From NCBI GenBank assembly GCA_950097015.1, contig CATNEN010000010.1:1302001-1366000 (forward strand): 64,000 nt of DNA, read 5' to 3'. The translations under genes were made by a program, and so were the position numbers. The notes beneath the pieces were generated by a model. The model did not search any database and was not told the origin of the DNA. It worked only from the letters and a program-made list of their open reading frames with translations. Of this stretch, positions 13,701 to 28,028 are shown one piece after another (the stretch's first letter is position 1; the number at the start of each line of letters is the position of its first letter). The DNA comes from Macrostomum hystrix. Lineage: Eukaryota; Animalia; Platyhelminthes.

Positions 13701-16700
13701 TGAAAGAAACATATTCGTAGATTGACAATGGCTTTCGGTTAAGATCTAGAACACATTAATAAAATATCAAGTGCATTTCGCATCTGATTCTCTTGAGCCA
13801 TATCTGAGACTAGTGATCTGCCTCAACCGCTAGCAATTGTAGCACACTTGTCACTGGGTTCATTCGATTCAAATATAGCGAGCACATTTGACTGCACAAG
13901 CCTTGACGGAGGCTGCCATCAGTGAATAGCAATTTTCCGAACAGCTCAAGCACTTGTTCTCCCAATGTCAGTTCGCTCGGAAATTGCCCGACACCACGCA
14001 GCACTGCATCATTCCCGCGACCGAACCACCCGACCCCTCTCGAAATTCCGACCGCAAATTGGCCGCAATTTCGCAAGCCTGCCGATTCCAGGAGAGAGAT
14101 AAAATATGGCCTCACTGTTCGGGAAGCAGGTCTTGTGAAACGAGCCGCTGAAAAACTCCAGGCCGATAATGGCGAAGATGAGTATGGCGAACAGCACCAG
14201 CAGGGCGATCTGCAGCAGCGGCGCCATGGCTCTGATGATGGACTTCAGCACGACCTGGAGACCTAACGTAGGACAATGGAGGGGAGCAGGTTGTCGCACT
14301 GTGTGGGATGGCTGCTGCATCACCTGATTAGCACTGGCACCGCTGTGGAGCACAACATCGAGTTACAAGGCTAGGACAGTAAGCAAACTCAGAGGAAAGT
14401 GGCAGATTAGTGCTCAACTGCTGGGCCGTCCTGGTGCCCCGTACTGTGTGGCTCCCAGCATATTTGCGAGTCCATTACTTGTTATCATTAGGCAGTAAAT
14501 TAGAAAAACATGCTTGACTAATCGATTCTCGCAGTCCTTGCATACTCAGCATGAAATCAAATATGCACTGTTAGCTTATGGGGCGAAAATGTAGTTTTTT
14601 TGTGGAGACGTAGTTCTAGCTCGTGTTATATCTAACTCGGTATAAGGAGTCATTGAATGCTCAGCTAGAAGTCTGGCTAGTTCGGTCGAATATCTGGGAC
14701 ACACCGGATAGTGACGTGACGTGTGAGCAGGTGACAATCATCCCAATTTGTTTGCCAGATCGCAACGATCTGTTCTTTTTATTCTGCTCGGAAATTTTGA
14801 AAATAAGAACCCAGCAACAGAGACACAATGGCCCTCCTCTCCACTTTGGATTCTGTCCCAGAAGAGGACCAAGGATTTAGGCGGGTGGGATGCGAGGGCA
14901 GCGGGACGAGGGGGCGAGGCGCCCAGACCCCCGGTGGGAACAGAAAGTGGTTCTGGGTTCGCTCATCCCCCTTGCAGAAGCGGGCGGGATCTACTCATCC
15001 CCAATTTTAGGGCCTGACTCTTCCCCTTTTATCCCAATTCTCCGCGATCCTCTGTCGAGCTGGCCAGAGGAATTTCAGTGTGATCTCGCTGGACTTAGCA
15101 GGGCTGGCCGAGCTTTTGCAAAAATCAACACTCACTCTAGTCGGAAAGGGACTCAACTTACTACACAAAAATTTCCGCCGAAAAATTCTGTTTAAAACAA
15201 ATTCAAAAGTACAACGGACATAAAAATAGCTGATTCCGTGAGTTGCCCGCCGACTTCAAAGCTATTGCTGGCTTGATAATGCTTAAGCAAGGCTGTCCGA
15301 GTAATGCGATCGAGCAAAATGAGTGACTAGTTTAGCAAGTCACACATTCTTGCTGAGCTGTGCCTTGAAGTTAGTCAGGTGTTAAAGAAGAACCCAAGAT
15401 AGTAAACAGTGCAGTTGAGAATAAAAATATAAAAACCAAGACAAAAGCAGACTGTAAATTATGAGCAAAAGAAGTGCAATTTTTTAATATAAAAGAGTCA
15501 TGAGGCAGAAGAGAACCAAAGCCGATAGGCTATGAAATGTTTAAATGAGGCGGAGAAATGCTTAGTGTTTTGACTCGAACTGCACTAAACGGGGCTGGCA
15601 CTTGTAGCTTTGCTTTAGAACTAAAAATATTTCGCTAAAATTCGGCATTTTCTATGCTCGCAGAATATTTTATGGCACTTAATGGGCCTGCAACGCCCGA
15701 GCTCATTCTGGCTAGTGTCGGCTTTCCCACCAAATTTGGTGAATATTTTCCCAATAGATTATCCCTGTCAGCCTCTTCAATCAGGGATGCTATCTTTAGG
15801 GATCAGGATTGAAATAAAGATAAGGACATAAGTCCTGTCAAACATGTCCGTGAGCACCCAAGCACGCATAACAAGTCAGCCATAATTAGCCAAAGAAAGA
15901 GAAACGGATTAATGTGTGAGAGAAAAACAGCAAGAGCGGCTATTGTACTTGGAATGCCAGACACCAGCTTCAGCGGGCGGAGCACCCGGACCGCCCGCAG
16001 GGTGCGCAGGTCGAAGTTGCTCTGGTTGGACGCGAAAAGTGTCACAAATCTGAAATTCGCGAAGTACAGTTGGCGGCTGCCCCAGTGCGGTGCGACACAA
16101 CAAAACCATCGAGCCTGCCCAGGCCATGCAACTGAGGCAGTCAAATAGCTTTCAGCTGGCTTGCTACTGATAAATACGGACTCTGTCAATACTTGGCACA
16201 ATAACTACTATGCGAGTACGTTTGGCACTGAATAGACTGCAAAGAAACTCAATTAGTTGTGTGACTTGATTCAACAAGCAACGAGTTTTTCGTCCGGATC
16301 TCATGACCAAAAATAAATAGCAATAATATTTGGCTACAATAGATAATGCCACAGACTGCACAAATCAACACAGGTGAAATTATGTATTCGGGCTGATGCT
16401 GAAGCCCTGGCTAAACTGCACAAACGGGACACAATAAGCTGAGTGCTTGCGCATGGGATCGCATGGAAGGTGTGACTGAAGCTCGGTTCGAAAAACAAAA
16501 CTTTAGCCTAGGACAGTAAGCTACTCATAAGTTACACAAAGGCTTGAAGGACGAGAATGTAACAAAGCGGTTTAGAAGCCACTTAGATAATGACGAGGAC
16601 TATGAAACTACTCAACGGTGCCTAGGCAGGTGTGCAGCCTCCAACAACCTTTGCCTAATCAACCAGTCTCAATGGAGATGCATGGAGCGGAGAGGCTATC

Positions 16701-19700
16701 GGACCCCAGAGCCACCACTTACTCTCAAACCCGGTGACCAGTTTGAGAGGCCGCATAACCCTCAGCGCCCTCAGAGCTGGCTGATCAAATGTGGGCAGAA
16801 TGAAAGCCAGTAACCTGCGAATATCAGCGAGTGAGGTGTGTCAGCAGACTGACTGTCAGTTCAGTCTAATCCTGGGTCAGAAGGCACGCAAGTGGCTGCC
16901 TCGCATCAGAACTGTTTGCTCGCTGATCGCAGAGCTCCAGTCGAGCAAGAAAAAGCAAGATATTCTAAAAATAGAACTGAGTTTGCACACTCGCTGGAGC
17001 AGAGGCACAGGGTCAGACAGTGGAAGATTTGCCAACCTTAGTGACAGACCTGCTGTTTGGGGCCGCATTGACAGAGGCAAGCTTTAGGAAGCCGCCCGCT
17101 TGACTTCAAAATTTAAATTAATTTTCGACACACAGAGTGAATAAGTAATAAAAAGGTGAGCAAATTTCCTCGTTGCAATGCATAAAACATGTCTGAATTC
17201 ATCATTGCTAGGCATCTGAAACTGGAGACACGTAAATGGTACACCTGAAAATGATTAAAGTGAGTCACTCAACTCAGGTGAGCTGGGATTTCAATCTCGC
17301 GGATTGAAATAAAATATCTATACGCACAACGCTTTGTCATCAGCTCATTCACTGCTCACTCACTGCTCACTCACTGCTCACTCACTGCTCAGGAAGTGCG
17401 ATGGATGAAGAAGCGAGCGTGCTTTTTTATCCCATGCCCCACCCCATCAATCTGCACTCAACAGGCAACATGAAACCCGGCCGAGCAAATTCAAAAGCCG
17501 TTGCCACATTTCCATGCTCAGACCCTTGTAGTTGAGCCCACCCGCTGCCCCCCTCTCCCAGTGTCTCTGGCTGTGTCCTGAACAGCGCACGCGTCAATCC
17601 CCTGGGATAGTCGACGGGACACAGCATCCCGCAGCCCGGCTCGCATTCCCAATGCAGCCGGTGCATTTGGCTCTGGGCATGCAGGCGGAGACGGTGCCGG
17701 CAGCGGCTGCGGCGAAACCTGGGACTGTGAGACGAAGGCCCGTCGGACTCAAAATCGATTTCTGGCTGGCAAAGGCTGCCAACTGCGTCCGCTCCGAGCT
17801 CGGCACCTCAGGCGGGGGTGGCGCTGCGTTCCTTGAACTGCTCAGCAACAAAATCAGATTTCGAAACTAAAGACTTTTTTCACCTTCCAAGGCGCACTTT
17901 TATGCCATCGCCTCTTGCCGAAACGCCTTAATCGATTTTCTGCCGCTGTGCTTAACTCGAACAACTCAGTCCGCTCATCGCTTTAGACCTCAACAGGCCT
18001 TCAAAATGCAGCCACTTTTGATGGCCTTGATCGATTCCATTCCAGCGTCGAATGCGAGATAACAAGTGGCTTCTGAAATCAATGCGCTACTTCTCTGAGT
18101 CTCCTCATCCACTCCTCTACGTATCCTTCACACTCTCCGTCACACTCTCCGTCACACTCTCCGTCACACTCTCCTTCACACTCTCCGTCACACACTCCGT
18201 CACACTCTCCGTCACACTCTCCGTCACACTCTCCGTCACACTCTCCGTCACACTCTCCGTCACACTCTCCGTCACACTCTCCCTCACACTCTCCCTCACA
18301 CTCTCCGTCACACTCTCCGTCACACTCTCCGTCACACTCTCCCTCACACTCTCCCTCACACTCTCCCTCACACTCTCTCACACTCTCCCGCAGACTCTCC
18401 CTCACACTCTCCCACTCCCTCAAGGGTATTGTGTCGCTTCTGCTTCAAAAGGCAGAAAATTAAAATATGCACACAATGCAAGTAGAGATTAGTAAGCAAA
18501 AGTGCATAGCCAAATAAAAAAAGTCAAAACTGTGCTGTCTGACAAAGTGGACCCCCAGTGTATCCGAACTTACCCCGTGACCACGACCACAAAGTCCATG
18601 ATGTTCCAGATGTTCCTCAGGTAGGCGCCCCTGTGCATAACGAAGCCTAGTGCCACAATCTTCAGCAGAGCCTCCACACAGAAGATGCCGAGAAAGTAGC
18701 GCTCGGTCATGTCCTGAGCAGGGCGGAAAGTGCTCAAATGTTACTTCTGTTCTCTCCTATGTATCATCTCTCCCCTGTCTCGTATCTCCCCCTGTCTCTT
18801 ATCTCCCCTGTCTCTTTTCTCCCCTGTCTTATCTCTTCCCTGTCTCTTATCTCCCCTGTCTCATCTCTCCCCTGTCTCTTATCTCCCCTGTCTCATCTCT
18901 CCCCTGTCTCGTATCTCCCCCTGTCTCTTATCTCCCCTGTCTCTTATCTCCCCTGTCTCTTATCTCCCCTGTCTCATCTCTCCCCTGTCTCTTATCTCCC
19001 CTGTCTCATCTCTCCCCTGTCTCGTATCTCCCCTGTCTCTTATCTCCCCTGTCTCATCTCTCCCCTGTCTCATCTCTCCCCTCTATCTTATCTCCCCTGT
19101 CTCTTATCTCCCCTGTCTCATCTCTCCCCTGTCTCTTATCTCCCCGTCTCTTATCTCCCCTGTCTCATTTCTCCTCTTTCTTATCTCTCCCCTGTCTCAT
19201 CTCTCCCCTGTCTCATCTCAACCCTGTCTCAAAGTTCACTCACCAGCTTGACGGACAGTGGGGTCTTGTCTTGCTTCGGCAGGTGCTCCTCTGCTCCCAG
19301 CACAATGCAGTTGGCTATGATGGTGAGCAGCACCATGTACTCAAAAGGCGTGTCGCACGACAACGCAGAGCGCCAGTTGTGTTAAGGAAAATTTTCTGCA
19401 CAATTCCTTTCAATTTGAACTTTAAAACAGAATGTTGTTGCAGGCAAATGAGATAATGAGGGCAGAGGGATAAAATGGGGCAGAGGGGGGAGAATGAAGC
19501 AGAGGGGGAGAATGAAGCAGATGGGGAGAATGAGGCATAGGGGAGAATGAGGCACAGGGGAGAACGAGGCATTGGGGGGAGAATGAGGCATTGGGGGGAG
19601 AATGAGCAGAGGGGGAGAATGAGCAGAGGGAGAATGAGCAGAGGGAGAATGAGCAGAGGGAGAATGAGCAGAGGGAGAATGAGCAGAGGGGGGAGAATGA

Positions 19701-22700
19701 GCAAAGGGAGAATGAGCAGAGGGAGAATGAGCAGAGGGAGAATGAGCAGAGGGAGAATGAGCAGAGGGAGAATGAGAAGAGGGAGAATGAGCAGAGGGAG
19801 AATGAGCAGAGGGAGAATGAGCAGAGGGAGAATGAGCAGAGGGAGAATGAGCAGAGGGAGAATGAGCAGAGGGGGGAGAATGAGCAAAGGGAGAATGAGC
19901 AGAGGGAAAATGAGCAGAGGGAGAATGAGCAGAGGGAGAATGAGCAGAGGGAGAATGAGCAGAGGGAGAATGAGCAGAGGGAGAGAATGAGGCAGAGGGT
20001 AGAATAAGGCAAGAGAGGAGAATAGGGCAGTTTGGGAGAGCTATCCGCACCTCTTACAGAGCACTGTGTGAAAAGGATATCCCCACTCGATGATGATCTT
20101 GGCGTACTTCCTGATCACGTTCTCCTCAGAGAAGATGCACAGGGAGCGGCCATAGACGCCGCCCAGGCCGGGCATCGCGAGGCTCAGCGTCCGCCGGGCG
20201 ATGTTGCGCAGCGAGCCGCTCTTCGAGTCTCCTCGGCCAGCGCCGCCACCGACGCCGCCGCCGCCCCCGGGCCCGCCAGTATCATCCAAATAGTCGCCAG
20301 CGTCCACGGTGAGCGCCGCCATCCTTAGCGGGGCGGGTTGCAGTTTTTTGGTTGTGAGTTGCGGAATGGGGTCCGAGTCGGGAGTTTGTTTGGGTGAGTC
20401 CGCAGTTTGCGTCATTGGTCTGCGGCAATCGCTGCGGCTGGCACGCAGCTGGCGGGTGTCTGCTGCTGCTGCTGCTGCTGTTGCTGCCGCATGCCTCTCT
20501 TCCCGCTCCTCAGTTTAGAGAGTTTTTTTAGAAACGCTAAGTGGCCAGCAGATCCGGGTATGTGGCGCCTTATCTGTCGCGGTATCCGCGCACTGGGAGC
20601 TGCTCTGACTCCAGATGCTGGCCAGGACTGCCCGACCTGCCCGACCCGCACGCTATATTTCCCCAACGCCCGGCTCAGCCGGCTCCCCACGAGGTGACCC
20701 CGGCCCAGCCACCAGCCAATCAGGGGCCGGGAATCGATCGTTCTCTCTCCTGGAGCGGCCAGCAGTGGGGAATTTGAGGAGGAGAAGAAAGGAGAGAGGG
20801 GGAGCTTCTAGCGACCATCTACGCGTGTCTTCTCTGGCTCTCGCTCCCAGTGTGGGTGCGGAATGAGGCCACGCGTACGATTGAGTGAGGCACTCTTACT
20901 GCTCCACAGAGGATGCACTCTCCAGCTAGCCCCCTCCCTAAAGCGCCAGTCCCAGCCCCAGCTCCGCAACGAAAACTCTTTGCAAAAAAACAATCTGCCC
21001 AGCAGCTCCCCATCCATGCAGATGCAGAACAGGAATTGGTTCTTGTGTGCAGCAGCCAGGCCTCTTAAACAGTAGGGATCAAGTACCAATGCATTGTCTA
21101 CCGATTTGATCAGCTAAGAGTTTCAGTGCATGCCCAGGGGAAGGCTGTAAGACAGCGAGGACACGCAGGCTTTGAGGGCGGGGTTGTCCTGCATGGAGTC
21201 TCCCAATTGATCAGAAGTCGGTGTGTGGGGCAGGCGGGGAAGCTGTACGGAGGGCGACAGTGAAGAGCAAAAGTGAGGTCGGTCATTAATCACTGCCCGG
21301 CCAGCGCAGCCCGGGCCCCATATCCTTAAGCAGAATTATTACTGGATGAGAAGTACTACTAAAAAGCAGAACCAGCAGCGGCAGCCGCAGCAGATCCTCA
21401 AACCTGACTTCAGTTCCCTCCTTAGTCCATGGTAAGCTAGGGAGAGTTTGTGTGATACCAGCTGCCTGCCGCGAGCTCTCTGCTTTGGGTGACAGCGAAA
21501 TGGGAATTCCGCGGCAACCCAAGCCGCTTCTCCCGCTAAGACAGAAAGAATTTTGTGACTTTCCTGTGCTAAAAACCATTTTATGGCTGTCCATGCAGCC
21601 AGGTCTTGTGTTCAGTTTTATAGATCCAGGCCGACTGCTGTGGGTTAAGCAACTAAAAAAAATTTTGCTTGTCGGCGGAGCCGTTCGCTGAGCAATGGTT
21701 CATTCCGTCTGGTCGACTGTCGCTATGGACTCGATCACTGCTCTCCTGCTCCTAAAGTCTGAGTTAGCGACTCGTTTAATATATGACCCTTTGTTCTTCC
21801 CCGCTGCTAGAAACCACGTACTGCAGCCAGCCGTTTTATAGTGGCTGTAGTCTATGACAGTTGTCTATTGCCGAACCGCCTCTCGCTTCCTTGGCAACAT
21901 GCTAAACAACCCGCTGCCCAAGAGAATGCGATTCCGCCCATTCAGTTGGCCCATGGAACATAGAGAAAGATCGTTAGAAAGTACACCTGACATCTGGCCC
22001 ATAGATAACGATTGATAGAAAGTACACCTAACATCTGGCCCATAGATAACGATTGATAGAAAGTACACCTAACATCTGGCCCATAGATAACGATCGATAG
22101 AAAGTACACCTAACATCTGGCCCATAATAATAATAATAATTGCAGGAGGGCTGCGGGCAATGACACATAGTTTGGTGACACTAGACCCGCAGCCAGCGAG
22201 GAGGCAATTCTGCCCATTTCGCTGACTCCTGAGCACACACGCACACAGATACTGTACGCAGGCATACGCTCACACAGGTGTGTACATCTGCCCTGACTTT
22301 CTCATCGTCAGGCAGTGTACACTCGAACTGTGCCTTGGAGGTTGGCCCTCAAGGGCGTAAATTGCACGACAAGCCCCCAAGCCTTCTCTCCGCGGCTGCG
22401 CCCCAAATAAATGTGGCCTCGCCGTGGAATCGAACTTAGGGACTGTGGTGCGAGTGGCAAACGCGTTAACCGCTCTGCCACCGACCCCCTCATCTGGCCC
22501 ATAGATAACGATCGATAGAAAGTACAGCTGACATCTGGCCCATAGATAACGATCGATAGAAAGTACACCTGACATCTGGCCTATTGATAACGATTGATAG
22601 AAAGTACACCTAACATCTGGCCCATAGATAACGATCGATAGAAAGTACACCTAACATCTGGCCCATAGATAACGATCGATAGAAAGTACAGCTGACATCT

Positions 22701-25700
22701 GGCCCATAGATAACGATCGATAGAAAGTACAGCTGACATCTGGCCCATAGATAACGATCGATAGAAAGTACACCTGACATCTGGCCTATTGATAACGATC
22801 GATGAAAAGTACACCTGACCCATTTTGGTCCATATGTATAGCCGCGAGGCTGCGTACTGCTGTTCAGTCCATGGACTGAGGGGGAGGTCGCCCCTTAAGA
22901 TCTCTCTCGACTGTGCTCTGTCTCCAACACAGGAAAGCTGCAAACCACACGCATCATTATTGTTAGTCTCCCTTTATCTATTCCGCCGTCCCTACGTGGC
23001 TCAAAGCCCTCATTCGGCCCAAGCCTGAGACACCCACGCAGCGGCCAGGCGGTGACTGAGTCCGCCGCGCCCAACTAGCAGCTGACCGACCGCTAGCAGA
23101 GCCACCGCTGTCGGCCCACTCCAACCGGGAGGGGCGGGATCTGAGCCTCAAAGCGGCCGCAATGCCAGTTTGCACTTTTAACCCAGTGAGAGACTGGAGC
23201 TGCAGATACAGGTGGGGACGGTTGAGCAGGGGAAGGTAGAGCCAAAAGCAGGTGAGCTCACTACTTGGTTAGAGAGGCTGCGGCGGGTGAGTTCTAATCA
23301 CATCTCATGAGCTTGAGAAAAGTCTTCAGCACCTGCCTTCCCCCCACAGCCTAGCTCAGTTGCTCCTCTGTCCCTGTCTGCCTGAGCTGACTATTAATTA
23401 TCCCAAGAGGAATTCGCTTCTTTCTTGTCTATATCATTTGCAGCTGTCAATCAGCTGGGAGTCTGTCATCAGCGAGTGGGTATTTTGTTATTGAGTCAGC
23501 CTGCACTGGATTTGCCCAGTCACTCCAGTTGTCACAACTGGTTTGTCCTTTAAAGCTACTTTGCTTTTGATTTCCCGTTCACAATGTCTGCAGCTGATGT
23601 GCATCCAAGGGGTCCTTCACAAACTTAGCTTTTTATTAAATCGTTCACATCTTGAATGATGATCAAACCTTGAATGATAATCACACATTGAATGATAATC
23701 ACACATTATAATCACACATTGAATGATAATCACACATTGAATGATAATCACACATTGAATGATAATCACAAATTGAATGATAATCACATATTATAATCAC
23801 ACATTGAATGATAATCACACATTATAATCACACATTGAATGATAATCTCACATTATAATCACACATTGAATGATAATCACACATTGAATGATAATCACAT
23901 ATTATAATCACACATTGAATGATAATCTCACATTATAATCACACATTGAATGATAATCTCACATTATAATCACACATTGAATGATAATCACACATTGAAT
24001 GATAATCACACATTGAATGATAATCACATATTATAATCACACATTGAATGATAATCACACATTATAATCACACATTGAATGATAATCACACATTGAATGA
24101 TAATCACAAATTGAATGATAATCACATATTATAATCACACATTGAATGATAATCACACATTATAATCACACATTGAATGATAATCACACATTATAATCAC
24201 ACATTGAATTATAATCTCACATTATAATCACACATTGAATGATAATCACACATTGAATGATAATCTCACATTTTAATCACACATTGAATAAAAATCTCAC
24301 ATTTTAATCACACATTGAATGATAATCACACATTGAATGAAAATCTCACATTTTAATCACACATTGAATGATAATCGCACATTATAATCACACATTGAAT
24401 GATAATCACACATTATAATCATACATTGAATGATAATCTCACATTATAATCACACATTGAATGATAATCACACATTATAATCATACATTGAATGATAATC
24501 ACACATTATAATCACACATTATAATCACACATTATAATCAAACATTGAATGATAATCACACATTATAATCACACATTGAATGATAATCACACATTATAAT
24601 CACACATTGAATGATAATCACACATTATAATCACACATTGAATGATAATCTCACATTATAATCATACATTGAATGATAATCACACATTATAATCACACAT
24701 TGAATGATAATCACACATTTTAATCACACATTGAATGATAATCTCACATTATAATCACACATTGAATGATAATCACACATTATAATCATACATTGAATGA
24801 TAATCTTACATTATAATCACACATTGAATGATAATCTCACATTATAATCATACATTGAATGATAATCTCACATTATAATCACACATTGAATGTTAATCTC
24901 ACATTTTAATCACACATTGAATGATAATCTCACATTTTAATCACACATTGAATGATAATCACTCCGGGTATTGGTTCCATCGGGCCCTTCCCGCCTTTTT
25001 GTCAGTTGCGCATTGCCAGCCCACAATCGCCCAGTCTCGCTGTCCACTCCATCATATTTTTCCCATATCCCTTGCCTGAGCCTCCCCTAGAGGAAAAGTG
25101 GGTCAGCAAGAGTGTTTGGCAGAGGCGGGTAGAGTTGCAAGCAAAGCCGTCTCGAATGTCTCTGTCATTTTCTGGCTCCTGTTGCCCCAGGTGTGCGGGC
25201 CGCATTAATGCTCAGAAGTATTTATTCACTAGCCAAATAATAGGCCAAAGAAACCCAAGGATGGGAAAAGAGGAAAGAGGAAGAGGCGGAGGAGCTTTGG
25301 GAGCGGAGCGTAAAAGTGCAAACCGCGGCGCTGCTCAGGACCGACACACTGGCGGGGCTGTCCGCGATGGGTACATGATGAGATTTTATGAGCAGAAAAT
25401 GATGTCTATATTGATGTTTTTGCCAACAGACACCCCGACCAGAATCGTTGAATATTCAGACGATACCGATGATTTGTGATTCTGGAAATTATCACATCGG
25501 ATAGAGTGGAAAATTTTAGCCCGTGTTCTGCATTTTCATGCCAATTGTTTAAAGATTTTGGGAAGTACTGAAAAAAGGTGTGTATTTGAAAAGATACTTT
25601 GTGCTTCAGTTCATTGTTTGGAACCTGCTGTGCTTCAGTTCATTGTTTGGAACCTGCTGTGCTTCAGTTCATTGTTTGGAACCTGCTGTGCTTCAGTTCA

Positions 25701-27993
25701 TTGTTTGGAACCTGCTGTGCTTCAGTTCATTGTTTGGAACCTGCTGTGCTTCAGTTCATTGTTTGGAACCTGCTGTGCTTCAGTTCATTGTTTGGAACCT
25801 GCTGTGCTTCAGTTCATTGTTTGGAACCTGCTGTGCTTCAGTTCATTGTTTTGGAACCTGCTGTGCTTCAGTTCATTGTTTTGGAACCTGCTGTGCTTCA
25901 GTTCATTGTTTGGAACCTGCTGTGCTTCAGTTCATTGTTTGGAACCTGCTGTGCTTCAGTTCATTGTTTGGAACCTGCTGTGCTTCAGTTCATTGTTTGG
26001 AACCTGCTGTGCTTCAGTTGATTGTTTGGAACCTGCCCTTATTTTTTTATTTTTTCCATATCCCTTGCCTGAGCCTCCCCTAGAGGAAAAGTGGGTCAGC
26101 AAGAGTGTTTGGCAGAGGCGGGTAGAGTTGCAAGCAAAGCCGTCTCGAATGTCTCTGTCATTTTCTGGCTCCTGTTGCCCCAGGTGTGCGGGCCGCATTA
26201 ATGCTCAGAAGTATTTATTCACTAGCCAAATAATAGGCCAAAGAAACCCAAGGATGGGAAAAGAGGAAAGAGGAAGAGGCGGAGGAGCTTTAGGAGCGGA
26301 GCGTAAAAGTGCAAACCGCGGCGCTGCTCAGGACCGACACACTGGCGGGGCTGTCCGCGATGGGGAATCATAGGAGGCGGCGGCGACAAACACAGGCCGC
26401 TGGAGAGCTTATCCCCGCTCAGAGGAAGAGAGAAAGGGGGTGGAGACAGAGAGATGAAGAGCAGAGACTGGCAAGGCGGGCTTTCGAGGCGCCGCCGAAT
26501 CAGCTTCTCAAAGTTTGCAAGCTCTAATTCTGGCTTTCAATTCTGGCCCTGCTGGCCCGCGTTGACAATTTTGAATCGTTGATTAACTGGACAGCCCGGA
26601 GATGATCGGCGGCAGCTCACAGTCACAGGCTGGGTGTGACAGGCAGAGTGGAGTGACAGGCAGACTGTGTGTGACAGGCAGGCAGGGAGTGACAAGCAGA
26701 CAGGGTGTGACAGTTAGACAGGGTGTGACAGGTAGACAGGGTGTGACAGGCAGAGTAGAGTGACAGGCAGACAGGGTGTGACAGGCAGAAAGGGTGTGAC
26801 AGGCAGAGTAGAGTGACAGACAGACAGGGTGTGACAGGTAGACAGGGTGTGACAGGCAGAGTAGAGTGACAGGCAGAGTAGAGTGACAGGCAGAGTAGAG
26901 TGACAGGCAGAGTAGAGTGACAGGCAGAGTAGAGTGACAGGCAGAGTAGAGTGACAGGCAGAGTAGAGTGACAGGCAGAGTAGAGTGACAGGCAGAGTAG
27001 AGTGACAGGCAGAGTAGAGTGACAGGCAGAGTAGAGTGACAGGCAGAGTAGAGTGACAGGCAGAGTAGAGTGACAGGCAGAGTAGAGTGACAGGCAGAGT
27101 AGAGTGACAGGCAGAGTAGAGTGACAGGCAAACAAGGTGTGAAAGGCAGAGTAGAGTGACAGGCAGACAGGGTGTGACAGGTAGACAGGGTGTGACAGGC
27201 AGAGTAGAGTGACAGGCAGACAGGGTGTGACAGGCAGAGTAGAGTGACAGGCAGACTGGGTGTGACAGGTCGACAGGGTGTGACAGGCAGACAGGATGTG
27301 ACAGGTAGACAAGGTGTGACAGGTAGACAGGGTGTGACAGGCAGACAAGGTGTGACAGGCAGACAAGGTGTGACAGGCAGATAGGGTGTGACAGGCAGAC
27401 AAGGTGTGACAGGCAGACAAGGGTGTGACAGGCAGACAGGGTGTGACAGGCAGACAGGGTGTGACAGGTAGACAGGGTGTGACAGGCGGATACCATCCTG
27501 TCAAACGGGTTTGGCATGTGTATTCCAGCGGTCTTTGAGTGCATGCTATAATACTGGAATAAGGGAGAAATGCTGCAGCTGAGCTCCTAGCAACACTGAG
27601 AGTGACATTTGGGCCGAGTGCAGTCTGTCAGAGGATTCAATTATGGCGGTAGCGCAGGCAATCGCGCAGATGGGATAATTAATATTTTTTAGTTCTAGAC
27701 TGACCGCAAAAAGCGTCGTCAGGAGCAGATGGAAAACATAGAACTGCAGTTTACAGAGAGAGGCGAACTGCAGTTCTGGAAATTGCAAAAGAGCAACAGA
27801 ATTTCGAATCCACTTGGCCTGCATGAGAAGGTCCGGGGGGCAATTTGCATGTTAGGACAGCCTCCCCCCACTGCTCCCGCAATTCCCGCCTGATCTGCGG
27901 TCTCCTGCTCTCTCTGGCTGAACATTTCCGCAGCCGAACTGGCAGCTTTTGCAGCGGAAAGCCTGAGATGGAGGGGCCAGCCTCCCCTGGGAC

Positions 27994-28028
<35 letters not shown>

